A DNA stretch of 49,471 bases, counting the filler, from Basidiobolus ranarum (taxonomy: Eukaryota): assembly GCA_040143965.1 (NCBI GenBank). It is 2 parts of 2 records of this genome, joined end to end, with 100 filler letters (N's around TTAATTAATTAA, not from the genome) between each part and the next. Parts side by side here need not be neighbours in the genome. Positions count along the whole stretch, not along the records: positions 1 to 24,753 come from JASJQH010007023.1; positions 24,854 to 49,471 come from JASJQH010007024.1. One strand, 5' to 3'. The position numbers were made by a program, and so were the translations under genes. Under the pieces are notes generated by a model. That model worked only from the letters and a program-made list of their open reading frames with translations, had not been told where the DNA came from and searched no databases. Shown here one piece after another: positions 13,764 through 25,593 of the stretch (positions within the stretch are counted from its first letter, which is position 1; each line of letters opens with the position of its first letter).

Positions 13764-15394
13764 CGCTTTCAATACTGGAGATCAACTTTGACGTGCCCAT
13801 GGGCACTGCCCTTCAGTAAGAGTTACTTCGCTAAAAGCACTCACAACCACGTAACTCCGTTATGTCCAGAGTTTACCATTATTACTACTATAGTCTTCGG
13901 TTTTTTATCACCTATTCTTCAGAATTGCTGATGTAAATAAATTGTACAATAAAGCATAGATGCTAATTTTCAACTTTCACTCTAACCTAACTGGTTATAT
14001 TACATAATCACAAAGCTATTGTTCCACCAGCCTCAAATATGTATTTCCATCGAACCAAGAAGTATCACCAATACTACATGGTGAAACAATGACTTACCAG
14101 TATTCTACAATCTTTATTAGAATGAGATCATCGATTTGGAGGTTATTACAATGGCTTGTGTGTTTTTAGGACAACCATGATGCTTTCTGCCGAATAGATT
14201 AATCAACTTATTGAGTCAGAGTGGTTTCGGCAAAGTCAATTATGTGGATCGTGGTCCAAATTTGGGAACTTACCATGGCTATAAACCTGGTTCTACAGAT
14301 TGTACGAATCTATCTATTGGTCCATACATACTCATATTGGCCAATCCAGTTTCTTTAGTTCATTTCATAGTTCCCATTACATATTTCCAAGAACGGACAC
14401 GTGCTCAGTAAAATAGCTGCAACTTTTTTACGTAATCTTCCTAATATGTCATAGCAATTTTGGGAGGATTAAGGTTTCGATGACCTGTTCCATCGAGCTG
14501 ATAGTCACTTCCTTATACTTGCTCCATCAGGGGTCGTCGGACCTCAAGATTTATAATGTAAACTGGTCTTTCAATGCAGAATGTAGGGTGTGGAAACTCT
14601 AGATAGATCTATTACAACTAAATACATATCTGTAAAGCGAAACTTGCCCAATGAGGAACGTATCCCAGTTTAAGTGCGAACATTATTTACTAAAGTTTTG
14701 GATTTTCTCTTTATAGTACCAAGCCCTAGCAAGATGAACCCACTTGCCTTAGAAATGTAGTACATCTCGGAGTATGTGTCTTGTAGTAAAACCGTTTTAT
14801 AGTTTGTGTCAGATGGTGATAGTTCATAGCACTCCAACCGTTGTGCAGTGTGCCAGACAGCTTACATCTCACTATCAGGCTTGGATGATGTGAGCTATCC
14901 AAATGAATTTGTCAATGTTAATAGTTTGATAATGTAGATTTTATTGAGTTCAAGAGAATCTCAAACACAACTATTGTTCATTGAGCTAAAGATTTCCTTG
15001 TTCTGAAAAGTCAGAAATAATGTTGATAGATTCTGTTGACATATCCAGTTGTATTGCTAACTTTAAACAAAATTGACACAAAACATTAGGTGAATACTTC
15101 TGAAAGATGTGTGCTTATTACAACAAAACTGCAGTAAATAAAGTGGACGAGATGCTACATTCTAAATGATCAAAAACAATCGAGTAGGCCAATGGAAGTC
15201 ACGTTACAACTGATTTTCCAACGGTTTCTCACGCCTTGGTATACAATGCCCTCGGCAAAGTCTACATAGCAAAAATTACAAGTACACCTGGAATGCAAAG
15301 GATTGAGAAATGGGACTAGAGCTGTGGAGATTATCATTAGTATGCATATTGATATTGTAAGGGCTGATACCTATATATGTCTTAATTTTGAAAC

Positions 15395-16489
15395 TCAAGT
15401 GGGCTTCTCCTGACATTGTGGTTTTTTGGTACGATGCCGACCTAGCGCATCCATTCTGGAGAATTTTTTACCACATCCATTACATTCGAACGGTTTGAGC
15501 CCTGAATGTATCTTTTGATGACGTTTCAAGTCATGGTTACGACTGAAAGCTTGTTCACATTGCCCGCACTTGAATGGTCTATCGTCAGTATGTGTACGAG
15601 TATGTGATTTAAGGTTGTATAGCCTTCTGAAAGTTTTCTCACAGGAAGGAAAGTCACAACGGTAAATTACACCAGACTTATTCTCCTCTTCGCTTCGTAA
15701 ATCCTCGTGGAGGCTACTCTCAGGGCTTGAAGGTTCTGAATTTATTTCCTCCTCAAAAGTCACCGATTTATTATGAGAAGAGGTTGAAAAAGTTGATGAC
15801 TGGTGTGAGGAATTGACACCAAATGGAGTTGCTGTTTTGGAAGTACTTCCTAAAGTTTCATTCAAGGGTTGTGTTGTCAAAGAGGAGATATTACTACTTG
15901 GTAATATGATATGGTCAAAATTGGGTAAACTACTTGGTGGCACTTCCGCTGTCAATGAGTTGGGACCAATACTCCCAACTTCATTTGTTACTCTTAACTC
16001 TCGCGCCTGGCCTATCAGACCTAAAATTCTACTAGCTTCTAGTTCGATTGAACTAAACCCAGATAAAAATTCCTGCTCGACCTTGACTTCTGGTAATATG
16101 TTAGTTCGTATCTTATTTGTCTCAGGAGCACTCTTCTGGGTTGGAGATATGAGGGGTTTTCTTTTGAATTTTCGTGTAAAGTCTGTAGGACTACCAGAAC
16201 CACGCTTTATCGTTAGAAGAGTTTGCTCTTTGCTCTTTGATAAACCAAGTCGGGTTTCGTTTATTTCGGGGGGATTTTTTGACTCTGTATGGATTTGTGA
16301 AGAAGTAGCTATCTCTAGTGAAGCGTCTTCAGAAGGGTTTATAGGGAATAGATCACTGGAAGGTATATCACTTGTATCATCTCCCGTATGGTCTTGATTT
16401 CGCCCAGCATTTTCCATGTTCAGTCCGAATTTAATTAGAGTAGAAGATTCCGAGTGATAAAGGTTCTGAAAAGTGCCGAAGGTAAGCAT
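15395..16489 (-). CDS. C2H2 transcription factor, Crz1-like C-terminal three fingers; start codon uncertain (16489 or 16417)
   Basis: FRRLYNLKSHTRTHTDDRPF..FSRNHDLKRH..GCGKKFSRMDALGRH resembles Crz1/CrzA fingers. The N-terminus is Ser-rich and appears disordered. Confidence 0.8.
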   Translation of the reverse strand: MLTFGTFQNLYHSESSTLIKFGLNMENAGRNQDHTGDDTSDIPSSDLFPINPSEDASLEIATSSQIHTESKNPPEINETRLGLSKSKEQTLLTIKRGSGSPTDFTRKFKRKPLISPTQKSAPETNKIRTNILPEVKVEQEFLSGFSSIELEASRILGLIGQARELRVTNEVGSIGPNSLTAEVPPSSLPNFDHIILPSSNISSLTTQPLNETLGSTSKTATPFGVNSSHQSSTFSTSSHNKSVTFEEEINSEPSSPESSLHEDLRSEEENKSGVIYRCDFPSCEKTFRRLYNLKSHTRTHTDDRPFKCGQCEQAFSRNHDLKRHQKIHSGLKPFECNGCGKKFSRMDALGRHRTKKPQCQEKPT

Positions 16490-16931
16490 CCTTCGGTGGC
16501 TGAGAATCTATGAGTGGTAATCCAAGTTCCCCTGATCCTCCAACATCATTACTAAAATAGTCCCGCTCTTGGTAAATTTTCTTGAGGAAATAGCACCTTT
16601 CACTAGGCGTAAATGCCATTTCTCGGATAATTTAATCGAAGCGGATCTGTGAAGAACTTGGAATTGTCAAGGATTAGGTCAGGTGATACTTGTGTTCTTT
16701 GTGGCTGAGTAATAGAGAATAATAGAAATGTAAGCATGCTGAGCTATTAGGGCTATGATTTTATAGGACTCAGATGGGGTGATCGGTGAAGGAATAGTGC
16801 TCATCAATAAGATACAGTCATGCATTGGACATCGAAATACGGTTGAACTTCAGAGCCAGTTGTTTATTAATACGAAATGGACAGTCATTGGGGCCGTTAT
16901 CAAATATCTACATCTATTTTCAGATCTGTAT

Positions 16932-18441
16932 TTAAGCCTCAAGCATACGGTAATGCTCCAAGCTACATATGTCCCTCAAAAGCTTAGGATGTCGGTACTT
17001 CTTGACTCTTTCACATCCTGGAATACTGCATTTCGGTAACGAGGGTGGATAACTAGTGGAAATTTAGAGTTAGTTGCTCTGGCAGAAATTCAAACTATGC
17101 TTGTCAAATTACCCTGTGAATTTTTGGCTCGGAATTGGGTTGGCGTCTATAGGAAAGGAAACTGTGACACCTTCCTTGTTTTGTAGATAGTAGATTTTGG
17201 TGCGTGCATTTACTTCACGATCTCTTTGTTCCTGTAAGCAGAAGATTATTCAGTTTGGTGTTCATGTTATTGGTGAAAGTAAGAATCTTAACCTGCTCAT
17301 CATCATCCTTCTTGGTGCGTCGTGATGCTTGCTTCTTCAGCAGCTTATTAATGGTATCCATCTAAACAAACGGTTCTTTTTAATTCAAAGCCTTATGAAG
17401 AGATATCTGATGTGTTCACCTACCTTATCCTGTTCGGCACGTCGTTCGCTTTGGTTTTTCCTTCTTCTTGCAGTTTCTGATCGCTTTAAGGCCATCTCCT
17501 CTGCTGTAAGGTGTTTTTTCTTGGACTCTACGATATGGTATTGAATTAATCATTGCCTCAAAACACCCAAGCTTAATACAAAAGCCCCATACCAGTGGGG
17601 AGCTCCAGTAATTCTACTTGAAATTCGTCATCTAGCTTGGCTCGTTGTCTGCTCGTTAGTCGGTTTTTATCTTTCTTACTGTGTCCAGTAAAGAATTCCT
17701 CCAAACTAAAGAAACAAGATAATATTAGAAGTACGTTCAGTGATATCCGGGCATATTCAATAATTATACCTCTCTTCCGATGAATCCTCATCCTCTGTAA
17801 CCATACATAATAAGTGTTTCTTGAATTTTCATTTCTAAAGTGACAGGAGCAAAAAATCATACCTCTATCCGCCTTTTCTCTTCTTGAACGTCTCTTTTGA
17901 GAACTAGATTCTTGTGTTTCACTTTCCGAGTCTTCAGATATCTCTAGATCAGATTCTGAATCTTCATCGACATTAATGTTTTGACCGCTAGCTACAGATT
18001 TCTCAGGTGTAATAACATATTCATAGTCAGCTAAGTTTCCAGTCGGCTCAGATTTTCCGGTCGTTTTCTCTATCGTTCGATAAAGAGAAAGTTACTGATT
18101 AAATAGGAGAAGTTTAAGTCCTTTCTTTAAGATTGAGCCTACTTTTTTTTCCTTTGTCTTCTTCTGTTAACATTTCTTCATCCTCGTCCTCCTCCTCACT
18201 ATCGGTATAGGCTAATCGATCTGAAACAAAAAAGAAAACTCGTAAGTAGGAGAATCGGATTGTCGTTAGTTCCACATAGGTTGTTACTACTTTTGGAGGA
18301 TTTTTTTGAAGCATTCGATTGTTTGCCAGCAGCTGAAGTACGTTTACGCTTTAGATTAGTTTCTTCACCAGGATTTTCCATGTCCTTGGAGACGTCAAAC
18401 TCAGCATCGGATATAGAAGAACTTGCTTCTGAAGAACTCAT
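16932..18441 (-). CDS. IES2: INO80 complex subunit B/Ies2 (PAPA-1 domain plus C-terminal zf-HIT-like finger), multi-exon
   Basis: Acidic N-terminus, then LTSRQRAKL...LTAEEMALKRSETARRRKNQSERRAEQDK|MDTINKLLKKQ (PAPA-1). The last exon reads YPPSLPKCSIPGCERVKKYRHPKLLRDICSLEHYRMLEA*. Confidence 0.85.
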
Positions 18442-18815
18442 GAAAATAACTTTGGTATGTAGAAATGGTGGTTGTTGTTGAAGTATAACTTAGTCAAGAA
18501 TTTCGATATCTTGATAATAATAACCCATTGAAAATTATTTCGAAATTTAAATCAACCATATCGCAAGTATGGTGTATATTTAATCAGAGATCAGTGGGAT
18601 TTTAAACAAGCATTGAGAAATATTCGGAATTCATTGGTTGAAAATAACCCTTTTTAATGAGACACATTGGACATTCAGATAATTTGAATTGGTAAGATTA
18701 TATCTATTGGGTTACATTGATGTTTGACCAGCAATCAGGATTGATTTTAGAACTCAGAATAGACTAATTAGGTTTGATATTTACATTGGAAGGGAGTATA
18801 GACAATGGTACTGGA

Positions 18816-19531
18816 TTAGGGTGGGGTTAGAGAGTCGACATCCAACTTGCTTTTGATATCACGACGATGTGATAAACTGTACGGAGAATACTTTCTCTCT
18901 GGACGGACCTGACTAACTGGTGGAGAAATGGGATTTACCGGTGCCCGTGAGTTGCGAGTGCTATCGATAAATAACGAGGACCACCAAGAGAATAAAGGAC
19001 AGGGGATATAAAGATGATAATTGATTAACGATAAGAAAGCTATCTCGTTTTCATTGATTTCTTTCACTGGTAATCCAGATAAACGAGACCATATCGAATT
19101 AGCAAGACTACGATCATGAAGATATTTTGTCGCCAGAATAAGTGAGGCGATAAACATTCTACGACCACATAGAACAGGTTCTTTTTTTTTGACGCATTCG
19201 GTTAGTGCTCCGATTCGGAGACTAATCTCTTTTTTCACTCGGAATATATATAGTAAGGCTGTAAGGCAACAGGAGAAGGAAGTTCTTGAACGTCGAATGA
19301 TCTCTTGCACAAAAACCTTAAGGGGAAGTGTCTGGCAATTTGTGAGGTTGTTGGGCCAGATGTATTGGATCAGAAACACTGTATGGTCTATGGGAAGTGG
19401 GTTATTATGCGTAGTTATAATAATAATCATAAAGTGCGATGCTCACCGACTAAGGTATTGACTAAGCAACCCTTTGAAGCTAGTGGGAGAGAGTGGCTAG
19501 GGAAAGAGTTGTTTGAGGATGGTGTTGACAT
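18816..19531 (-). CDS. Pho85-type cyclin (Pcl5/Pcl1-like), 2 exons, intron 19388-19446
   Basis: FVQEIIRRSRTS..TALLY, CGRRMFIASLILATKYLHDR..WSRLSGL..INENEIAFLSLINYHL. ATG at 19531 spliced in frame through a GTGAGC...CATAG intron. Confidence 0.87.
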
Positions 19532-20432
19532 GCTGATGGAGAGCAATCACAATCTTGGTCATCATCAAGCGATGGCAGCTTTTATATTATAATCACAAAT
19601 ATGCTTTGGGTAAATCTTCGGGAATATCTCCGATACACTACTGAATTAAATTGATGTTCATTATAAAATCCGAGAAACTTCAATTCAAACCTTAATTGCT
19701 TCATTTTACGGCCCGGATTTCCGGCCCTGATATTTCGTATGGATCTAGGAATAAAAAAATTATCTGAATAGTGCACAAACGATGCTAAATCTTGATATAC
19801 TTCCAATCATTGGCTTGTACTCGCGAGAAACTGGTATGTTGCAGTTTCCCAACCTAAGCTAGTTGTATTCTAAATCCTGAAGCAGATGATCTATTCAGTG
19901 AGTGCTGGCAATCAATGATGTTAGATAATTCCTTTTTTACAGGCTAAAGTCATGCATGCGTTGATTTGGTTCAATCCAGCTCTCCGCTTATTATTGTGCC
20001 TTCTTTCCGGTTTTACTTTTACTATTCCGAACTTCCCTCAGCCTATAAAATATCTACTAGTTGTCATCAAGTATGCGTCGACTTTCTTAAGCAGGAAATA
20101 CCTGAATATCTCGATAGTGGTGAGATATCAGAGATTCGAGTCAAACACCGCCAAATTGAGGCTATCGGCTATTCACGAGAGAAATATCCCAAATGCTACC
20201 CCAATTCACCATAAAAGGTTTGTCACCTATTAGAAGGGAGTGTATAACCACGGCGTTAGATCCGGAATAGCGCTGTTGAGTTTCGCTAATAAGCTTCACA
20301 ATCTGTGTTATTGGGTTATATTTATTATACCACTTGTACGCCAATGGCCTCTGCCAGACAACGGTTAATGACAAATATCGGCTTGTATTATCCAAATAAT
20401 CCAGCGTATAAATAAAATAATGACTGATCATA

Positions 20433-20504
20433 CATACACAATACATGCATACACAATACATGCATACACAATACATGCATACACAATACATGCATACACA
20501 ATAC
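20433..20504. repeat. 15-bp minisatellite (CATACACAATACATG) x~4.8
   Basis: Direct reading. It produces the spurious MYCVC-repeat ORF. Confidence 0.95.
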
Positions 20505-21443
20505 CCAGGTGTTGATTATCTCACACAGTAAATATTCATTGCTGCTTTCTAATTACATCTTAACTCGCACAATAAGATGAATACAGTAATTTTCACAGTA
20601 TAAAGCTTTTGTGACTGTACGTATACTATAGCTCCCTAGCTCTTGGAAATTCAAAGCTGAGACTGTGGGTGAGAATGTTCTCATGGCTAGAGTTATGAAG
20701 TCTCCACCGCCAAAAGCCACTCAAGAACCTTATTGAGATTGTATTAGAGCTAGATCTCTTCAATCCAGATTCGAAAAAGGAAATTCATAATCGGAGTTTT
20801 CGCCATGATATTCGGAACCATAGGCGCTTTACAGGAAAACGCGCTTTACAGGATTAAATCAACTGAGTATCCGTATCAAAAGTGGACGATGGTTATGGAT
20901 ATTAGGCTATGGCTACGGGTATTTTACTACAGTTTTTCCAAGCATTCTTGGGCCCTACATACGAGTGGGCATATATACATGCAGCCAGAAACCCAGTCCC
21001 GAAAGCCGACGCAAAATCCACCCAAGCCTCATGGCTACCATCTTGCGCTTTAATTGTGACAAATTGGTGATGTGATCCGGGTAAGCATGATGTCATTGGC
21101 TCTTCACTTAATACCATTTGAGTATACTAAAACCTGTACTCTATATATCACGTGTTCCAGCTCTATATTTTCTAAATACCGATAGTCTCGCTCTATAATC
21201 CAGATCTAAACACTTACATCGCAGGATAATCTCTTACATAATTTGTTCTCTTCTTTTAACCCATTTCAACCCTTCAATAAATCGCCACAATTTAGTAGAT
21301 TCATCGAGCCATATGTTGGTCTACACATTGATCCAGCCTTTGCAACTATGGCCCAATTACCTGGTTCAATAACTCTATCTTACTGATGCTGATCATTTTC
21401 TCGAGTTATGAGTCATAGGTAAATATTCCTGGTATGAACTAAG

Positions 21444-21507
21444 CTATTTCCCTTTATCTCGCTATATTTCCCTTTATCTCACTATATTTCCCTATATTTC
21501 CCTTTAT
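21444..21507. repeat. Degenerate 10/20-bp tandem repeat (CTATATTTCCCTTTATCTC)
   Basis: Direct reading. It lies at the left edge of the CpG-depleted repeat island. Confidence 0.8.
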
Positions 21508-21940
21508 TTTGTGATGACTTGATACCTAAAATATCTCTGAATTGATAGGTATATGCTAAACCTGTGTGGATCAGAATATATATTGCTCAGAAGATGAAAA
21601 TGTGAGATCAGGAAAGTTCAGGAAATTAAGTTTGGTAGGAGAATGACAATCCTAACTATGAGCAAAATTACTTAATTTTTGGTCAGTGACTTTGAGTACA
21701 GCTGCTATAAGATACAGTGCTATCTCTAGTGCTAATATTGAAGAAAGGCAACAGAAATTAATTTCTAACATGGTTTTATATCACTTGCAGTGGAACTAGA
21801 CTGGTACAGATGAAATTGTTGATTGGATTTTCTATATTTACATGACAAGAACTCAATCAGTACTATTTTGAGTAAATTCAGACTATATGAGGCTTGTAAG
21901 CCATTGCTGTCTGATTGTTGCTGTTTGGAGATGTGAAAAC

Positions 21941-22271
21941 TGTTAAAGTATTTGGGAGCCTGTTGGAAGTGGTTTGGAGAAATTGGTGGTTTTCACTTAT
22001 TGATTTATTGAGTGGAAAGTTGACATTTATACTTTTGTCAAGATGTAAACAAACTAACATGTAGAATGTGTTAAAGGAGGTTCTAGGAAAATGTGTGCAA
22101 AGTTTTGGGCTTCTTTGAGAAATATATAAATCTGAGAACTTCTTAGTGGGCTAAAATATTCCAAGTAAATTCCTCTTGAGAAAAATGGATAATATCTTAG
22201 TGAGTTATAAGATAAATGAGTAATAAGCTATATATGACTATATAGATGTTTAGGCAATGCAAATTCCATCA
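21941..22271 (-). repeat. LTR of Copia copy A (~331 bp)
   Basis: Begins TGTTAAAGTATTTGGGAGCC and ends CA on the + strand. Homologous to 23564-23911. Confidence 0.85.
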
Positions 22272-23446
22272 CTCTTGCTCAACTAAATAGTCATATAAAC
22301 TGACCCTGTTTGCTTCTATTAGCTAATTTGGTGCTACTTTGTTGATCTTGAAGTATTATAGTTGGTGAATTTTGAGAATAACTTAAATCTATTAAAAGTT
22401 TTCTCAACCATATGGCTTCTTTTGTTGCTTCACAGGCAGCCATATACTCTGCTTCTGTTGTTGAAAGTGCTATAGTAGTTGTTTGTTGAATTCCAAGAAA
22501 TTGCTCCATTACAGCAAAGAAATAAGTATCCTGTTCTTGATCTCCTGTCTTCAATATCTCTTCCCCAATTTGCATCTGAAAATCCCATCAGATCAAAGTT
22601 TAATCCAGAATATGTGTACTTTAAGTACAGATCCACATTATCTTTCAAATATCTTAAAATCCACTTAACTGTCATGATTTGATCAGATCCATAATTTTGA
22701 AGATATTGGCACATAACTCCCACAGAATATGCAATATATGGCCATGTTCCAACCATGATATACATCAAACCACTAACCATAGATTGATAGAGACATTTCT
22801 GGCTTTCATTTGAATCTAACAACATCCAATTTGAGCCATTTTTGGTCAAGTTATGATTTGTCTCCATTGGGATAGATACTGGATTACATTCTTCCATTTT
22901 AAAATTGTTTAGTATATCTAGGATATATCTAGACTGGTTTAAAGTTATTGTTTTGGTGGTTCTAACTATCTTAATTTGGATTTCAATATAGTATATCATT
23001 TTGCCAAGATCAGTCATTTTGAATTTGGCAGATAAGATGGATTTGGTTTTCTCTAAAGTCTTCAAGTGATTGGTGGCTATAATATGGTCATCTACATATA
23101 AGGCTAATATAACTGGGTTTATCTTATCTGGCCTGAAGTAGGTATTATAGTCAGCATTACTCTTTTGGAATTTGAGTGTTTCCAAACAAGCATCTATCTT
23201 GCCATTCCAAGCTCTTGGAAATTGTTTTAAGACATAGAGTGCTTTCTGGAGTCTGCAAACTTTTTTAGGGTTTTCTGGGTCCACAAATCCATCTGGCCGG
23301 TCTATATAGATCTCCTCAGCAAGCCCACCATTCAAAAAAGCAGCTTTAACATCCATTTGATTTATAATAAATTGATATTTAGCTTCAATTGGTAAAATCT
23401 ATCTAATTAAATTGAACTTTGCTACAGGAGCAAAAGTTTCTGTATA
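21941..23446 (-). mobile_element. Decayed Ty1/Copia retrotransposon copy A (RT, frameshifted and partly deleted RNase H, 3' LTR)
   Basis: [49 protein letters not shown]. Frameshift near 22480, RNase H truncated, 5' part absent. Confidence 0.93.
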
Positions 23447-23563
23447 CCCTAATTTGTCACCTTTGATATTCCTAGTTTCTTTGATATATTCTCCTTAGTA
23501 TTTTTATAAAGTTCTTCATACCTGAGGTCTAGCACATATCTAACACAAGTTTGTATTAATATC

Positions 23564-23911
23564 TGTTAAAGTATTTGGGAGCCTGTTGGAAGTGGTTTGG
23601 AGAATTAGAGGAATTGATGATTCTCACTTATTGATTTATTGAGTAAAAAGTTGACATTTATAGTTTTGTCCAGATGTAAACAAACTAATATGTAGAGTGT
23701 GTTAAGAAAGGTCCCAGGAATATGTGTGCCAAGTTTGGGGCTTCTAGCTCAAGTTTGAAAAATCTATATATCCAAGAACTTCTAAGTTGGTAAAAATATT
23801 CCAAGCAAATTCCAATTGAGAACAATTGATAATATCTTAGTGAATTATAAGAAAACTAAGTACTAAGTTATAGATGACTGTATAGGTGCTTAGGCAATGC
23901 TAATTTCAACA
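23564..23911 (-). repeat. 3' LTR of Copia copy B (348 bp, TGTT...AACA termini)
   Basis: Terminal inverted TGTT/AACA, directly after the PPT. Homologous to LTR A. Confidence 0.9.
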
Positions 23912-24753
23912 CTCCCTCAACCAAATAGTCATATAAACTTATCCTAATAAAGGTCTAAATCTCTCAAATTTTTGTCTAGCTAATGGTTTGGTTAATATAT
24001 CAGCAATCATATCTTCTGTAGAACAATAAGTTAAGTCAATAAACTTATTCTCTATAGTCCCTCTAATGAAGTGATGCTTAATATCTATATGTTTGCTTCT
24101 ATTATGAAATGTGGGATTTTCAGCTAATTTGATACAACTTTGATTATCTTTAAATATTGTAGTTGGTGAATTTTGAGAATAACCCAAATCTGTTAAGAGT
24201 TTTCTTAACCATATTGCTTCTTTTGTTGCTTCACAGGCATCCATATATTCAGCTTCTGTTGTTGAAAGTGATGCAGTAGGTTGTTTCTTTGAATTCCAAA
24301 AAATAGCTCCATTACAACAAAGAAATAAGTATCCTGTTGTAGATCTCCTGTCTTCAATATCTCTTCCCCAATTTGCATTGGAATATCCCAACAGACCAAA
24401 GTTTGATCCAGAATATGTGTATTTTGAGCATAGATTCACAATACCTTTCAAATATCTGAAAATCCACTTAACTGCTATGATTTGATCAGATCCATAATTT
24501 TGAAGATATTGGCATATAACTCCCACAGAATATGCAATATCAGGCCATGTTCCAACCATGATATATATCAAACTACCAACCATAGGTTGATAAGGAAATT
24601 TATGGCTTTCATTTGTATCCAAAAAATCTGATTTGAGTCATTTTTGGTCAAGTTAAGATTTGTCTCCATTGGGATAGATACTGGATTACATTCTTCCATT
24701 TTAAACTTCTTTAGTATATCCAAGATATACTTAGACTGGGTTAAAGTTATTGT
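23564..24753 (-). mobile_element. Ty1/Copia copy B (RT 3' end, RNase H, polypurine tract, 3' LTR), cut by the gap
   Basis: ORF 23939-24622 contains [31 protein letters not shown] and EDMIADILTKPL. The PPT TTGAGGGAG abuts the LTR start TGTTG at 23911. Confidence 0.93.
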
Positions 24754-24853
24754 NNNNNNNNNNNNNNNNNNNNNNNNNNNNNNNNNNNNNNNNNNNNTTA
24801 ATTAATTAANNNNNNNNNNNNNNNNNNNNNNNNNNNNNNNNNNNNNNNNNNNN
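24754..24853. other. Artificial join: 44 N + TTAATTAATTAA + 44 N
   Basis: Exactly 100 bp, with a palindromic all-frame-stop linker at 24798-24809. Confidence 0.97.
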
Positions 24854-25593
24854 AGCTAAAAAATATACAAGCTCAGTTGCCAGTGACTAGTTCTTGCAGC
24901 AGGTCCAAGGACCAAAATGTTATTCATTAAAATGGCGATTCCTGCAGCATACCACTATGCGAAATTAGTGTGTATAAATTTTTGTTGACTAAATTGGATG
25001 CAATTTTTCATATTTATAAATTCAATTTAAGCATTACAATTTTTGTGTTGATGGATGGTACAAACATTCCTATTACAAGTGATTTTTGGCTCTAAATAAT
25101 AAATTGTATGAAGAATTCAAGCGGCTATTAAGGAATAGCTAATAAGGAGTAGTAGTTATATTATCAGTGCTATCGTTATATAAGTTGTATTTTCAATGCT
25201 GAAGTTAGCTCATTTTAGCTAGCGGGAATATATTCTATTATTTAACTAATCGGTGTGAATCCATGTTGTGCTGAGTATAAAAGATGTTTCAGGAACATTA
25301 TATTCCGGAATAATCTATTACAGGTGATTGAAAATGTAATAAATAGAAATACCCAGCGAGTGTGCATCCACTAATATTTGTATCAATTCGATTTAAAAAC
25401 CTGCTAGGACTGTTGGTGACTGTTGCAGTTGTTGGCTCTACGTGGGAAAATGGATCTTTAATAGGTAACAGACGAAAATACACCCCGTGGGCAAATCCAG
25501 AAAACCCGTTGTTCCTCTCAGTTATTCTCACTGTCTTATTAAACATTATACTGAGACTTTTTGTGAATTATTTTCTCCTTCACTTTTCCTGTT

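Noticed and set aside
14100-15100. Possible decayed coding sequence between the two zinc-finger genes
   Set aside because: The frames I translated contain multiple stops and no motif I can identify.
15813-16397. 194-aa + strand ORF
   Set aside because: Antisense shadow of the Crz1-like gene with a non-ATG start.
19952-20233. Two overlapping short + ORFs (93 and 82 aa)
   Set aside because: No recognisable family or convincing splice model, though a small orphan gene cannot be excluded.
20162-20491. 109-aa ORF with MYCVC repeats
   Set aside because: The ATGs come from the 15-bp minisatellite and the rest has no recognisable domain.
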